Of a stretch of DNA of 64,000 nt, positions 1 to 9,107 are shown piece by piece. The translations under genes were made by a program, and so were the position numbers. Source of the DNA: Candidatus Nanopelagicales bacterium (GTDB lineage: Bacteria > Actinomycetota > Actinomycetes > S36-B12 > GCA-2699445); contig JBAOHO010000013.1 of NCBI GenBank assembly GCA_037045355.1, positions 271,443-335,442 on the forward strand. The letters run 5' to 3'. The notes beneath the pieces were generated by a model. The model was not told the DNA's origin. It searched no databases and was given only the letters and a program-made list of their open reading frames with translations. Within the stretch, counting starts at the first letter, position 1; each line of letters starts with the position of its first letter.

Positions 1-843
1 TGGAGCCTGTTGACGCCGTTCGACCTCTCTGGCGAAGCTCCGTTGGCCGCGATCGTCTCGTGCATGGCGTTGGCGGTCTTCGCCTACCTGGGTGTCGAGA
101 CGGCGTCGGTGGCTGCGGGGCGGGTGCGCAATCCGCGCCGCAACGTCCCTCTGGCCAGTCTGTTGGGCACACTCGCGTGCACCGCGGTCTATCTGATGTC
201 GACCCTGGTGGTGTTCGGAACCGTTTCCAACGCCGATCTGCAGGCCCCCGGTGCCCAGCCCTTCGTGCTGTCGTTCGACGCGATGTTCGGCGGATCGTGG
301 GCTGGTTACGCGGTTGCCATCGCAGCCATCATCTCGGGGTTCGGCGCGATCAACGGGTGGACGATGGTGTGCGCCGAGATCTCGCAGGTGGCAGCTCGCG
401 AGGGACTGTTCCCGAAGCACTTCGCTCGCGAGTCGGATCGAGGGATCCCCGTTTTCGGCATCGTGTTGTCGACGGGCCTGGCGTCGCTGCTGGTCGTCAT
501 CGGTTTCGTGGGTCAGGCGGGCGTGGGGGTGTTCACGGTGATGGTGTTGCTCGCTGGGCTCAGCGCTGCGGTGCCCTACGGACTCAGTGCACTGGCCTTG
601 ATCGACATCTCCCGGCGTCAGTCGACCCGCACTCCCGGAGCACTCTGGTGGCTCGACGGCGCCGTCGCGACCGTTGCGGTCGGTTTCGTCATCCTGATCA
701 TCTACGGCGCCTTCACCGCGGAGGGAACTCGCATGAACCTGCTGTGGATGTCCCTGGCTGCGCTGGTGGTCGGACTCTTGATCTTCTATCGGATGGCGCG
801 GAAGGCGAAGTCCCCGTCCGGGACGGCCCCGGGGTCGACGTGA
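1..843 (+). CDS. APC-family amino acid permease, C-terminal part (5' end lies outside window)
   Basis: The frame is open from the window edge to the stop at 841-843. The sequence is hydrophobic and multi-TM with APC-like segments (FAYLGVETAS, GFGAINGW). The ORF-track start at 10 is only an in-frame TTG. Confidence 0.75.
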   Translation, partial: WSLLTPFDLSGEAPLAAIVSCMALAVFAYLGVETASVAAGRVRNPRRNVPLASLLGTLACTAVYLMSTLVVFGTVSNADLQAPGAQPFVLSFDAMFGGSWAGYAVAIAAIISGFGAINGWTMVCAEISQVAAREGLFPKHFARESDRGIPVFGIVLSTGLASLLVVIGFVGQAGVGVFTVMVLLAGLSAAVPYGLSALALIDISRRQSTRTPGALWWLDGAVATVAVGFVILIIYGAFTAEGTRMNLLWMSLAALVVGLLIFYRMARKAKSPSGTAPGST

Positions 844-2255
844 GCCCGCAGGAACCGGCGAATCGTGATCGCACCCGCTGAGTATGGACTGTTGAGCGAT
901 TGGACATGCCCAGCGTTGCGCCAGAGGAACAGCTCTGAGTTGGGGAACAGCGCGGCGGTCATCTCGGCCTCCGCCGGAGATGTGACGTTGTCCAACTCGC
1001 CGGCGACAACAAGTACCGGGATATCGGGGGCAGTGGCTGACTGTGGGGCGGGCGGCTCGTAGAGATCGCCGGGGCGAGGCGCACCCAGACACTCCCGGTA
1101 CGAGTAGTCGGACTTCATGACGATCTCCTCCGCGGTGAAAGGGGCGAAGGCGTCTTGGGGATACGCGGCTATCGCGTCCGCCAGTTGTCGGCGACGATCC
1201 GGGTCCGGTGCGTTCTTGTCCCAGATCATCGGATAGTCGTTGCAGCTGATCGCCATCTCCTGCCCGACGGAGTATTTGCCCGGAGCTCCGAACCCGCGAC
1301 GCCCGGGGGCAGTGAGTTCGCGGTAGCTCCGCTCGTATCCGGCGAGGTAGTCCGAGATCGCCTGATCGATGTCCAGGTAGTTCTCTGGTGTCGAGTAGCC
1401 GGCAGCGCTGATCGCGTCCAGCAACGGCCCGATGTCCTCACCTCGGCTGTGTTGGAGCGCCACGAACCGGTCGAGGCGCCGGCGCGCATCGCCGTGGCAC
1501 GTGGGGGAGCGGTCACAGGCGGTTGTCAGGCCCTGGATTCCCGTTGCCCACAGGCTCGGGTACCACGGGCTTTCCCCGCGGACCGGGAATGCGCTGTCGA
1601 GGACGAGGGCTTCCAAGGTGTCGCCGTGACGGAACGCGTAGGACTGGGCCAAGAAGGTCCCATAGGAGTCGCCGTACATCTGTACCCGCTCGTACCCCAG
1701 CGCCGCGCGCACATCGTTGATGTCGTCCGCGGCTGCCGATGTGCGATAGGAGTCCCAGCGGGTGCCCAACTGTTCGGCGCACCGCGCGACACCGAGCTCG
1801 TCATCGACACGTTCGCGCTGTAGATCGGGGCAGTCGATCGGTTGGGATGAACCGGCACCACGGGCGTCCACCAGGATCAGTTCCCGGTGGCGAAGTAGGG
1901 AGCCGAACGTGGCCACGTAGCCGGGTGCGCTGTCGATGCTGCCGTATCCCGGACCTCCTTCGATCGCCACGATGGCACCCTGCGATGGTGACCCTCGATC
2001 GTCGCGGGGACGCACAGCGAACGCGACGTCGATCTCTCCCCGTCGAGGTTCCGCTCGTTCCAGGGGTAACCGCATGGTCCCGCAGCGCAGCCGAGGGTGG
2101 TCGGGGCAGGTTTCGAGTTCGGCCATGGTGATGCTGCCGGGCGCCAACGCCTCGGGAGGACTGTCGAGAGTCGCGTTTTCGGGGGCTGCGAGATTCTCGG
2201 GGACTGCGAGGAACAACCCGCATCCGCTCACAAGTGAAATGATCAGGACCGCCAT
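786..2255 (-). CDS. secreted alpha/beta hydrolase, tripeptidyl-aminopeptidase (TAP)-like lipoprotein
   Basis: ATG at 2255 gives MAVLIISLVSGCG (lipobox). It has a GDSYG nucleophile elbow (GxSxG) and an IAIEGGPG-type oxyanion region. The longer ORF to 2399 only adds translated 21-bp repeat sequence. Confidence 0.7.
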   Translation of the reverse strand: MAVLIISLVSGCGLFLAVPENLAAPENATLDSPPEALAPGSITMAELETCPDHPRLRCGTMRLPLERAEPRRGEIDVAFAVRPRDDRGSPSQGAIVAIEGGPGYGSIDSAPGYVATFGSLLRHRELILVDARGAGSSQPIDCPDLQRERVDDELGVARCAEQLGTRWDSYRTSAAADDINDVRAALGYERVQMYGDSYGTFLAQSYAFRHGDTLEALVLDSAFPVRGESPWYPSLWATGIQGLTTACDRSPTCHGDARRRLDRFVALQHSRGEDIGPLLDAISAAGYSTPENYLDIDQAISDYLAGYERSYRELTAPGRRGFGAPGKYSVGQEMAISCNDYPMIWDKNAPDPDRRRQLADAIAAYPQDAFAPFTAEEIVMKSDYSYRECLGAPRPGDLYEPPAPQSATAPDIPVLVVAGELDNVTSPAEAEMTAALFPNSELFLWRNAGHVQSLNSPYSAGAITIRRFLRAHVDPGAVPDGDFAFRAIR

Positions 2256-2293
2256 GAGGCCGCGGGCAGCGGGATGTCCGATCCGCCGGCTAC

Positions 2294-2372
2294 CCGTTCG
2301 TGCCGGGGGACTGTCCGTTTGCGCCGGGGGACTGTCCGTTCGCGCCGGGGGACTGCCCGTTCGCGCCGGGGA
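2294..2372. repeat. 21-bp tandem repeat, about 3.75 copies (ccgttcgcgccgggggactgt)
   Basis: Direct reading gives units at 2294, 2315 and 2336, plus a partial unit at 2357. The array lies 39-117 nt upstream of the lipoprotein start. Confidence 0.9.
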
Positions 2373-2440
2373 AGGAGCGCGACGGGGCCACCAGTCCATG
2401 GGTCATTGTGCCGTGTGATCGGTGGAGATGCTGTCCGTGT

Positions 2441-2516
2441 GACGCCGCGGAGCCGTCCAGACGCCGCGGAGCCGCCCAGACGCCGCGGGGCCGTCCAGAC
2501 GCCGCGGAGCCGTCCA
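2441..2516. repeat. 19-bp tandem repeat x4 (gacgccgcggagccgtcca)
   Basis: Direct reading gives units at 2441, 2460, 2479 and 2498 with 1-2 substitutions. Confidence 0.9.
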
Positions 2517-2591
2517 TTGGTGTGGCTGTGGTTCCCATCAAGTCCCCGTGAGCGGTAGCCTCCCGAGCACGGTCCGGATGCCACATGAGAC

Positions 2592-3203
2592 TTGGAGGCT
2601 GTGGTGACAACCCCCGCTGATCCCGCATCGACACCGGTGCAGGATCCCAATGATCCGAACGTCCTCGAGCAGCGGTTCGTCGAACTCGTGGGTGAGAGTT
2701 GGAAGCGATGGAACATCTGGGAACACGCGCGCCGTGTCGATGATGTCGCCCTGGGTGCGGTCATCGCCTCGTACGTCGACTCGGGCTGGCAGTTGATCGA
2801 TCTCGAGTCCGACGGGCATACCCATCAGACTCGATTCCAAAGTGGTGATCACCGACTGGCGGTCGGGGTCGTTGCGCTGGCGGAGGATCCCGCGCAGGCA
2901 CAAGCCCTCGGACGTCTGGTGCAGGTGAGCGTCGCCTACGGGCAGCGCGTCCGAGACGTCGGCAGGATCATGTCTACGGTCAAGCAGGAGATGAAGTCGT
3001 CGCTGATCACCAATGCGAATGAACCGGGTGTGGTGACGTTCGACGCCGACATGAGTAGCGGTTACGTCTACGCCCAAGTCAACCTCCTGTTGAATCTCGA
3101 CGACTACTTCGACGGCTTGATCCAGACCAACCCCATCTCGCGGGATCTGTACTCCGCGGTGCACTCCCTGTCCCGCTACCTGCACGGCCGGATCGGAGGC
3201 TGA
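2592..3203 (+). CDS. hypothetical acidic protein, paralog of the next gene (possibly YbjN/chaperone-like fold, unverified)
   Basis: A 203-codon ORF. GGAGG at 2594-2598 makes GTG 2601/2604 alternative starts. It shares a VIASYVDSGWQLID / MIASMARLGYPTIA block with the downstream ORF, and its stop is 2 nt before the next ATG. Confidence 0.55.
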   Translation: MEAVVTTPADPASTPVQDPNDPNVLEQRFVELVGESWKRWNIWEHARRVDDVALGAVIASYVDSGWQLIDLESDGHTHQTRFQSGDHRLAVGVVALAEDPAQAQALGRLVQVSVAYGQRVRDVGRIMSTVKQEMKSSLITNANEPGVVTFDADMSSGYVYAQVNLLLNLDDYFDGLIQTNPISRDLYSAVHSLSRYLHGRIGG

Positions 3204-3205
3204 CC

Positions 3206-3763
3206 ATGTTCAACAAACTGATGGACTACGCGAACAAGAAGGAGATGCGGGAATCCCGCGACGAGGTGGTCGTCGGGCAGATGATCGCGTCGATGGCGCG
3301 GCTGGGGTACCCCACGATCGCGTTCAACACGGGAACCGCGCTCGACACCGGATTCCAGGCGATCCTGTTCTCCACCCCGAGTGACCCGGTGCTGCACACC
3401 GTCCAAGTGACACTGGACCGCAAGACCGGCGGCGGATCGATCAGCGAGAAGATCGTGGGTTCGAAAGCGACCCTGACGGTCACTGCCGAGGTGAAGAACT
3501 ACATCGCCGACCCCGATGACCTGCTCGCCATGTGGCGCACTGACTTCGCCAATATCGGCAAGATGCCGATGATGGGGCAGGTCAAGCTCGATCACCGGTT
3601 GAACAGCATCCTGGCCAAGAAGTCCACGCTCATCGAGCTGTCGGACTACGACGGTCCCGAGGACCGCGAACGGATCGACGGGCTGCTCCACGGCATGATC
3701 GGTGAGGTACGTCAGGCAGTGGCGCAATACAAGAGGCATTCCCCGTTCGAGCAGGACATCTGA
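3206..3763 (+). CDS. hypothetical protein, paralog of the upstream gene
   Basis: ATG at 3206 is preceded by GGAGG at 3192-3196. A 185-codon ORF, tightly coupled to the upstream ORF. Confidence 0.6.
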   Translation: MFNKLMDYANKKEMRESRDEVVVGQMIASMARLGYPTIAFNTGTALDTGFQAILFSTPSDPVLHTVQVTLDRKTGGGSISEKIVGSKATLTVTAEVKNYIADPDDLLAMWRTDFANIGKMPMMGQVKLDHRLNSILAKKSTLIELSDYDGPEDRERIDGLLHGMIGEVRQAVAQYKRHSPFEQDI

Positions 3764-3779
3764 CCCAGGCGTCAGCGGT

Positions 3780-5450
3780 TCAGCGCAACAGCGCGTAGGT
3801 GACGACGCACACGCTCACCAAGGAGACGGCGATCAACGGGATCCCGAACCGCACGAACGACATCATGCTGTAGCCGCCGGGGCGCAGCACCATGATGTTG
3901 GACTGGTGGCTGAACGGGTTGATGAAGGTGAACGAGATGCACGTGCCGATCAAGGCGAGCAGCATCACAGGATTCAGTTCCATGGAGGCCGCCAAGGTTA
4001 TCGCCACCGGGGTGAGGATGGAGGCTGCTGCAGCGTTGGTCACAAGATTTGTGAGGATGGCCGTGGTCACGGCGAACACGACGACGAGCAGCGGAAGGCT
4101 GTCGGCGGACAGGTAACCGATTGCCTGCGCGATCAGGTCCGCGATGCCGCTCTCGACCACGATGGCTCCCAACCCGACCGATCCGGCCAGGATGAACAGC
4201 ACGTTCCAGTCCAGGGCCCGTACGGCCGCCCTGGGCGTCAATACTCCGGTGACGACCATCAGCACAGCGCCCGTGAAGGCGGCCAACTCCACGGCGACCA
4301 GACTCAGCGTGGCTGCCAGGATCACTGCGACGAGGATCCCCAGCGCCAGCCACGTGCGACCCGGCTGCGGAGCCTTCCCGGCCACGTCCTGCCACAGGCG
4401 TAGTTCGTCGTGTTCGCTCAAGGCCTGCGGGGAGGCGCAGGTGACGAAGATGGTCTCACCGGGCAGGGCCTTGGTCTTGCGGAGCGGCCGATCCGATTCC
4501 GCGGCGATCACTTGGACGTCCCCTTCGTCTTCGAGGTCTCGCAGGGTCCCGTGTTCCCCCGGCCCTACGGATGCCGAGTACAGGCGCTGCTCGGACAACC
4601 CGAACCGAGGGCTGCCCCACAATGCCCTGACCCCGGCCTCGGTGGCCTGGAACACCAACGTGTCTCCGGCGGCCAGATGCTCCGTCGGATCGAGTTTGTC
4701 ACCACGGCGTCGGATGTACAGCAGGCTGTACTGCTGGGTGGCGTCGATACCGACGTCCGCCGGCAGTCGGCCGACACCGATCGCGTTGGAGGCCACGGGA
4801 ATCTCGACACGCCAGTCCAGCGCTGGCTCGCCCGCTTGCTCCCCACCTCGGAAGAACCGGGGAGCGGTGATGAGAAGTACGACCCATCCCACCAGACAGA
4901 CGGGCAAGGCGATCGGCGCGAACGAGAACATGCTGACTGCTACTCCGGACGTCCCGGCGATGCCCGCGATCAGGAGGTTGGAGCTGGTGCCGACCAGCGT
5001 CGTCGACCCAGCGAGGGTCGTTGCGTGCGCTATCGGGAGCAGGACCTGTTTGGCGGGGATGCCCCGTGTCTGTTCGAGTTCCTTCACCGCCGGGATGAGC
5101 ATCGCCACGATCGGAGTGGTGTTGATCAGCGACGAGATGATTCCGACCGGGGCGATGATGCGGCGCAGAGTCTGGGCGGCCGACGTGACAGTCGACAGGA
5201 GCCGCCAGGTGACGCGTGAGACCACGCCGGTATGAATGACGCCCTTGGCGATCACCAGCATGCCGGCGACGGTGATGACACCGCCGTTGCTGAGCCCGGA
5301 GAACAAGGCCTGCGGCGGGGCGATACCCGCCACTCCGGCGACCGCGATGGCGCACGCGAGGGCCAAGGTCGCGGGAACCCGGCCCGAGGCCATGGCCACG
5401 AGGGTGGCCAGCACGATGAATGCGGCGAAATAGATCACTGCCTCTGCCAC
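3780..5450 (-). CDS. SLC13/DASS-family permease with central TrkA-C-like domains
   Basis: 556 aa with a GTG start at 5450. Hydrophobic N- and C-terminal transporter halves flank a soluble middle region (WRVEIPVASNAIG..., GDTLVFQATEAG...), which is typical of SLC13 permeases with TrkA-C inserts. Confidence 0.75.
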   Translation of the reverse strand: MAEAVIYFAAFIVLATLVAMASGRVPATLALACAIAVAGVAGIAPPQALFSGLSNGGVITVAGMLVIAKGVIHTGVVSRVTWRLLSTVTSAAQTLRRIIAPVGIISSLINTTPIVAMLIPAVKELEQTRGIPAKQVLLPIAHATTLAGSTTLVGTSSNLLIAGIAGTSGVAVSMFSFAPIALPVCLVGWVVLLITAPRFFRGGEQAGEPALDWRVEIPVASNAIGVGRLPADVGIDATQQYSLLYIRRRGDKLDPTEHLAAGDTLVFQATEAGVRALWGSPRFGLSEQRLYSASVGPGEHGTLRDLEDEGDVQVIAAESDRPLRKTKALPGETIFVTCASPQALSEHDELRLWQDVAGKAPQPGRTWLALGILVAVILAATLSLVAVELAAFTGAVLMVVTGVLTPRAAVRALDWNVLFILAGSVGLGAIVVESGIADLIAQAIGYLSADSLPLLVVVFAVTTAILTNLVTNAAAASILTPVAITLAASMELNPVMLLALIGTCISFTFINPFSHQSNIMVLRPGGYSMMSFVRFGIPLIAVSLVSVCVVTYALLR

Positions 5451-5705
5451 TCCCTTCTCGGCCGAGCGTCACGCTCCGGGACCGAGCGGCGCGAATCTGT
5501 CGGTCAGTACAGCAGGTGAACGGGGTTCGACGCAGATCTGAACAGCAGGTGACGGACAGCCAGGTCGCCCTGTCGTTCTGCCGCACTGGTCGCCCATCCG
5601 CCGACCGGGGGGAATCGAGGGATTCCCCGTCCCCTCACGCGGCTTGGCGGCCTATGCTCACCGGATCACGCCCAATGCGGGCGGGAGCTGAGCAGAGGAT
5701 CCGGT

Positions 5706-7202
5706 ATGCGAAGCACTCCACACTCACGGCGATTCACATGGCCGACGATCGGCACCGCGATCATCGCCATCGTGGCGGGGCTCGGAATGACCACAGCGAA
5801 CCCCGCGACAGCAGCGGACACCACGCCGCAGGACTCGGCCAAATCCGTGATCTTCATGGGCGACTCGGTCACTGCAGGGTTCGGCTACTTCGGGCAGAAG
5901 GAGAACGCCAAGAACGTCACCGGCAAGGTGAACAACGAGTTCCCCAGTGCTTGGTACTTCGGCGACAACAGCCTGTCCGACTGCAGTCCGCCCAGCTCCG
6001 GTACGCCTGACGACCGATGCAGCAACAACAACTTCAATGGTGCTCCGTGGAGCGCGGGGCCGTGGCAAGCCGGCCCGAACGCGCCCGATGTCGCCTACTC
6101 CTACCAGATCGCCGGATCCCAGGATCCGAACGCTGCCGCACCAGTGGAGAACTGGGCAGTCACCGGATCCACCCCCGCCATGTGGGATGACGGTGGCGCC
6201 TTCAACTTCCAGTTGAAGAACATCAAGGACACCCACGTGGTCATGACGTTGGGCGCGAACCCGATCCTGGCGAGTTTCCTCCAGGTGAAGTTGTCACTGG
6301 TGCCGGTCACGAACGGAGCCTGCGCGGACTCCACCCAATGGCTGGGCTGGACCGGATGGTGGGCATACCCGCCGTCGAATGTGGTCAAGTGCGCCGATCA
6401 GCAGTGGTCTCAGAACAAGCAGACCGATCACCTCGTGAGCGTCTACAAGACCCTGTTGAAGAACAACAACAAGGTCCTCGCCATGGGCTACTACCGCGCC
6501 TGCCCATGGTCGTTCGGTGTGTGGCAGCCGGAGGGCAACGTCGCCAAGGGTCCGGCGGCGGGCAACTCCTGCCCGTCTCAGAAGCAGCAGGTATCGGAGT
6601 GCAGCAGGTGCCGGGTCGACGGCAGCACCACTCAGTGGGAGCAGGCGGTGGCCGCGCAGAATGCGATGAACGACAAGATCGCGGCCGCCGTTGGGACAGT
6701 GCAGGATTGGGCTCGGGGTCAGAGCGGCATGAAGCCAACTGATCTGCAGTACGTGCTCCCCGATCCTGGTTCGTGGCAGCAGCATCAGGCATGGCACAAC
6801 GACTCCTGGATCTTCAAGAACGACACCTGGATCCATCCGAGCAAGGCGGGCCATGCGCAACTCGCCAAGGTCGTCACCGGCAAGATGTGTTCGGCGTGGG
6901 GTCAGTGGTGCGGCACGCAGCCCGCGTGGGACACGACCCCTCAGATCGAGGCAGCCCGGATCACGCAGGAACTGCGTGGATCGGTTCCGGACGTGATCAA
7001 GACCAATCGGCCGACCGATCTGCCGAATCGCACCAAACGGGACCTGCCTATCGGATGGGGCAGCGATACGCCGGGGAAGTGCACGGTGTTCGAAGGTGAT
7101 GTGGTGGGCAAGAAGTCCGGACAGTGCACGCTCACGGCTTACTCAGCGCGCAGTGGTGAGCACAAGGCCCTCGACGAGGAGTACGTGTTGCGGGTCAAGT
7201 GA
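5706..7202 (+). CDS. secreted SGNH/GDSL-family hydrolase
   Basis: Signal peptide (TIGTAIIAIVAGLGMTTANPATA), block I FMGDSVTAG and block V-like HPSKAGH. Confidence 0.65.
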   Translation: MRSTPHSRRFTWPTIGTAIIAIVAGLGMTTANPATAADTTPQDSAKSVIFMGDSVTAGFGYFGQKENAKNVTGKVNNEFPSAWYFGDNSLSDCSPPSSGTPDDRCSNNNFNGAPWSAGPWQAGPNAPDVAYSYQIAGSQDPNAAAPVENWAVTGSTPAMWDDGGAFNFQLKNIKDTHVVMTLGANPILASFLQVKLSLVPVTNGACADSTQWLGWTGWWAYPPSNVVKCADQQWSQNKQTDHLVSVYKTLLKNNNKVLAMGYYRACPWSFGVWQPEGNVAKGPAAGNSCPSQKQQVSECSRCRVDGSTTQWEQAVAAQNAMNDKIAAAVGTVQDWARGQSGMKPTDLQYVLPDPGSWQQHQAWHNDSWIFKNDTWIHPSKAGHAQLAKVVTGKMCSAWGQWCGTQPAWDTTPQIEAARITQELRGSVPDVIKTNRPTDLPNRTKRDLPIGWGSDTPGKCTVFEGDVVGKKSGQCTLTAYSARSGEHKALDEEYVLRVK

Positions 7203-7343
7203 TCCCTGCGTCCGGCTGCCTGCGTCAGGTCCGCGTCCGGCAACGGTGGACAGGAACTCTCGAGGAGCGATCACACTCTCGAAGATCGACCAAACCCTCG
7301 AGGGTCGACCACCGGACACGCGGATCCGCTCCCCCGAACGTGG

Positions 7344-7381
7344 CTTGGCCGCCCATCACGGTGACGTGATGAGCGGCCAAG
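7344..7381. terminator. strong hairpin between convergent genes (candidate bidirectional terminator)
   Basis: cttggccgcccatcac / gtgatgagcggccaag forms a 16-bp stem with 1 mismatch and a 6-nt loop. No clear U-tract. Confidence 0.4.
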
Positions 7382-7398
7382 TGACGTCTGATGTCAGG

Positions 7399-7641
7399 TC
7401 AGTTGCGGACCTTGTTGAGCCACTCCTCGACCTGGCGCCGACCACCCTGAAGGGCGTCGCCGGCCTTCGTGCTCGCGTTGTTGAGCAGACGCTCGAGTGA
7501 ATCAGTGGCACCGGCCAACTTGTCCTTGGCCTCGCCGGTGATCCGATCGATCCGACCCTCGTTCTCCAGCGACTTGTCTCCGGTCACGGCGCCGGCGGCA
7601 ACCTTCGCGCGACCCTTGATCTTGTCCTGTGCTCCGGCCAT
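7399..7641 (-). CDS. CsbD-family stress protein
   Basis: ATG at 7641. MAGAQDKIKGRAKVAAGAVTGDKSLENEGRIDRITGEAKDKLAG is a typical CsbD repeat. Confidence 0.8.
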   Translation of the reverse strand: MAGAQDKIKGRAKVAAGAVTGDKSLENEGRIDRITGEAKDKLAGATDSLERLLNNASTKAGDALQGGRRQVEEWLNKVRN

Positions 7642-7850
7642 GTCGATGTGCTCCTTCGTTCTTTGACGGTCACCTTGCTGGTGCCCGGCCTGACCCCGGC
7701 TTCCCCCCGACGCTGCGACGGCAAACCCTGTGAGGAAGTTTGTGGCCCTGACCACATCGGGACCTTCGTCCTGAATCGGCGTTCGTTCATGGTGTCGGCT
7801 CGCTCGGGTCGGTATTCCTGGAGTTGGTACGTTCTGTCGCTCTGGCAACG

Positions 7851-7902
7851 TCCAGAGGGGTGGTCCAGGGGGGTGGTCCAGAGGGGTGGTCCAGAGGGGT
7901 GA
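7851..7902. repeat. 13-bp tandem repeat x4 (tccagaggggtgg)
   Basis: Direct reading gives units at 7851, 7864, 7877 and 7890. Confidence 0.9.
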
Positions 7903-7926
7903 ACGTCCTGAACAGCAAGGAGAAGA

Positions 7927-7958
7927 GCAAGGAAGCAAGGAAGCAAGGAAGCAAGGAG
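7927..7958. repeat. 8-bp tandem repeat x4 (gcaaggaa)
   Basis: Direct reading. The last copy (gcaaggag) forms the Shine-Dalgarno sequence for the next ORF. Confidence 0.9.
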
Positions 7959-7969
7959 AGGTGAGGGCA

Positions 7970-8116
7970 GTGATCGAACATGCTGAGTGCCCGTCCTGTG
8001 GTTGGGAGGGTCAGGTCCTGCCGGAGCGTGGTCGGGCCCTGTGCCCCGAATGTGAGTGGTACTTCTCGCTCCCCGATGATCCGCTCGATCGCCGCATTCT
8101 CGGTGCCGACTCCTGA
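7970..8116 (+). CDS. small zinc-ribbon protein
   Basis: GTG at 7970 lies about 7 nt after AAGGAGAGG. Two CxxC pairs are present (CPSCG ... CPEC). The start choice is uncertain (ORF track gives 7886). Confidence 0.5.
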   Translation: MIEHAECPSCGWEGQVLPERGRALCPECEWYFSLPDDPLDRRILGADS

Positions 8117-8213
8117 CTCTTGAGGACCTGCCGACTCCGAACACAAGAGCGCCCGACTGTCGAGGACATGGGTCGATCGCAGGGCCGCAGGTACCCTGTG
8201 CCACGGAAGGACC

Positions 8214-8951
8214 GTGATGACCAGACTCAGTGGACGGGTGCCGCGCGCGACCAGTCGGGCGCACGAGCGCACCATCATTCGCTCGATCTCAGCCGTTGTC
8301 GGCGCTGCGGCTCTGGCGCTCTCCAGCGCCCCCGCACCGGGTGCCATCGTGAGTCCGCGCGCCGACGAACCCTCGTTCGAGTTCCTCGTACGTCCGCTGA
8401 CCGCGGGGGAGCGCGACGTGATGACACCGAGTGTGTGGCGCCGCGGCTGTCCGGTACCTCTGCGAAAACTTCGGGTGGTGCAGGCGGATCACTGGAACTT
8501 CGCCCGAGGGATATCCGAGGGGCGCCTCGTGGTGCATCAGGACGTCACCGATGATGTCGTCTCGATGTGGGCGGGATTCTTCGCCGAACGGTTCCCCATC
8601 CGCAAGATGATCCCGATCCAGCGGTACGGCGGCAGTGACTTCGACTCGATCGAGGCCGACAACACGAGCGCCTTCAACTGTCGCCCGATCGCCGGTGGCC
8701 GACGTTGGTCGCAGCACGCGTACGGCCGCGCCATCGACATCAATCCGCTCGAGAATCCCTATGTCCACCGCGGCCGCACAGTCCATCGGGACAGCGTCCC
8801 GTTCCTGGACCGCTCAGATATCCGACGCGGGATGTTGGTGGAGAACAGCCCCGCGCTGCGGATGATCGACGAGGTCGGCTGGCGGTGGGGAGGACGGTGG
8901 AAGCGTCCTCAGCCCAAGGACTACCAACACATCTCCGCTAATGGGCACTGA
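8214..8951 (+). CDS. secreted M15-family (VanY-like) peptidoglycan metallopeptidase
   Basis: Signal-like N-terminus, zinc motif SQHAYGRAIDINP (Hx6D) and a C-terminal His (DYQHIS). Confidence 0.75.
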   Translation: MMTRLSGRVPRATSRAHERTIIRSISAVVGAAALALSSAPAPGAIVSPRADEPSFEFLVRPLTAGERDVMTPSVWRRGCPVPLRKLRVVQADHWNFARGISEGRLVVHQDVTDDVVSMWAGFFAERFPIRKMIPIQRYGGSDFDSIEADNTSAFNCRPIAGGRRWSQHAYGRAIDINPLENPYVHRGRTVHRDSVPFLDRSDIRRGMLVENSPALRMIDEVGWRWGGRWKRPQPKDYQHISANGH

Positions 8952-9107
8952 CCCCCGCATCTCGTCACCTGGGACGACAGAGGTCCGTTGTAAGGCGCAG
9001 ATACCGGTGGGGGCATTCATCCGGACGGGGGAACTAGGGCAATTCTCCTGCGCGCGAGGCTTGGGCCCGCAAGGATACCCTGGCAGAGAACAGATACCGG
9101 AGACCTG

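Noticed and set aside
786-843. 58-nt convergent 3' overlap of the APC permease and hydrolase genes
   Set aside because: This is probably just extended non-conserved C-terminal tails in GC-rich DNA. It carries no independent signal.
2256-2399. N-terminal extension of the hydrolase ORF (PPARTDS repeats)
   Set aside because: A downstream ATG gives a canonical lipoprotein signal. The extension is just the 21-bp array read in frame.
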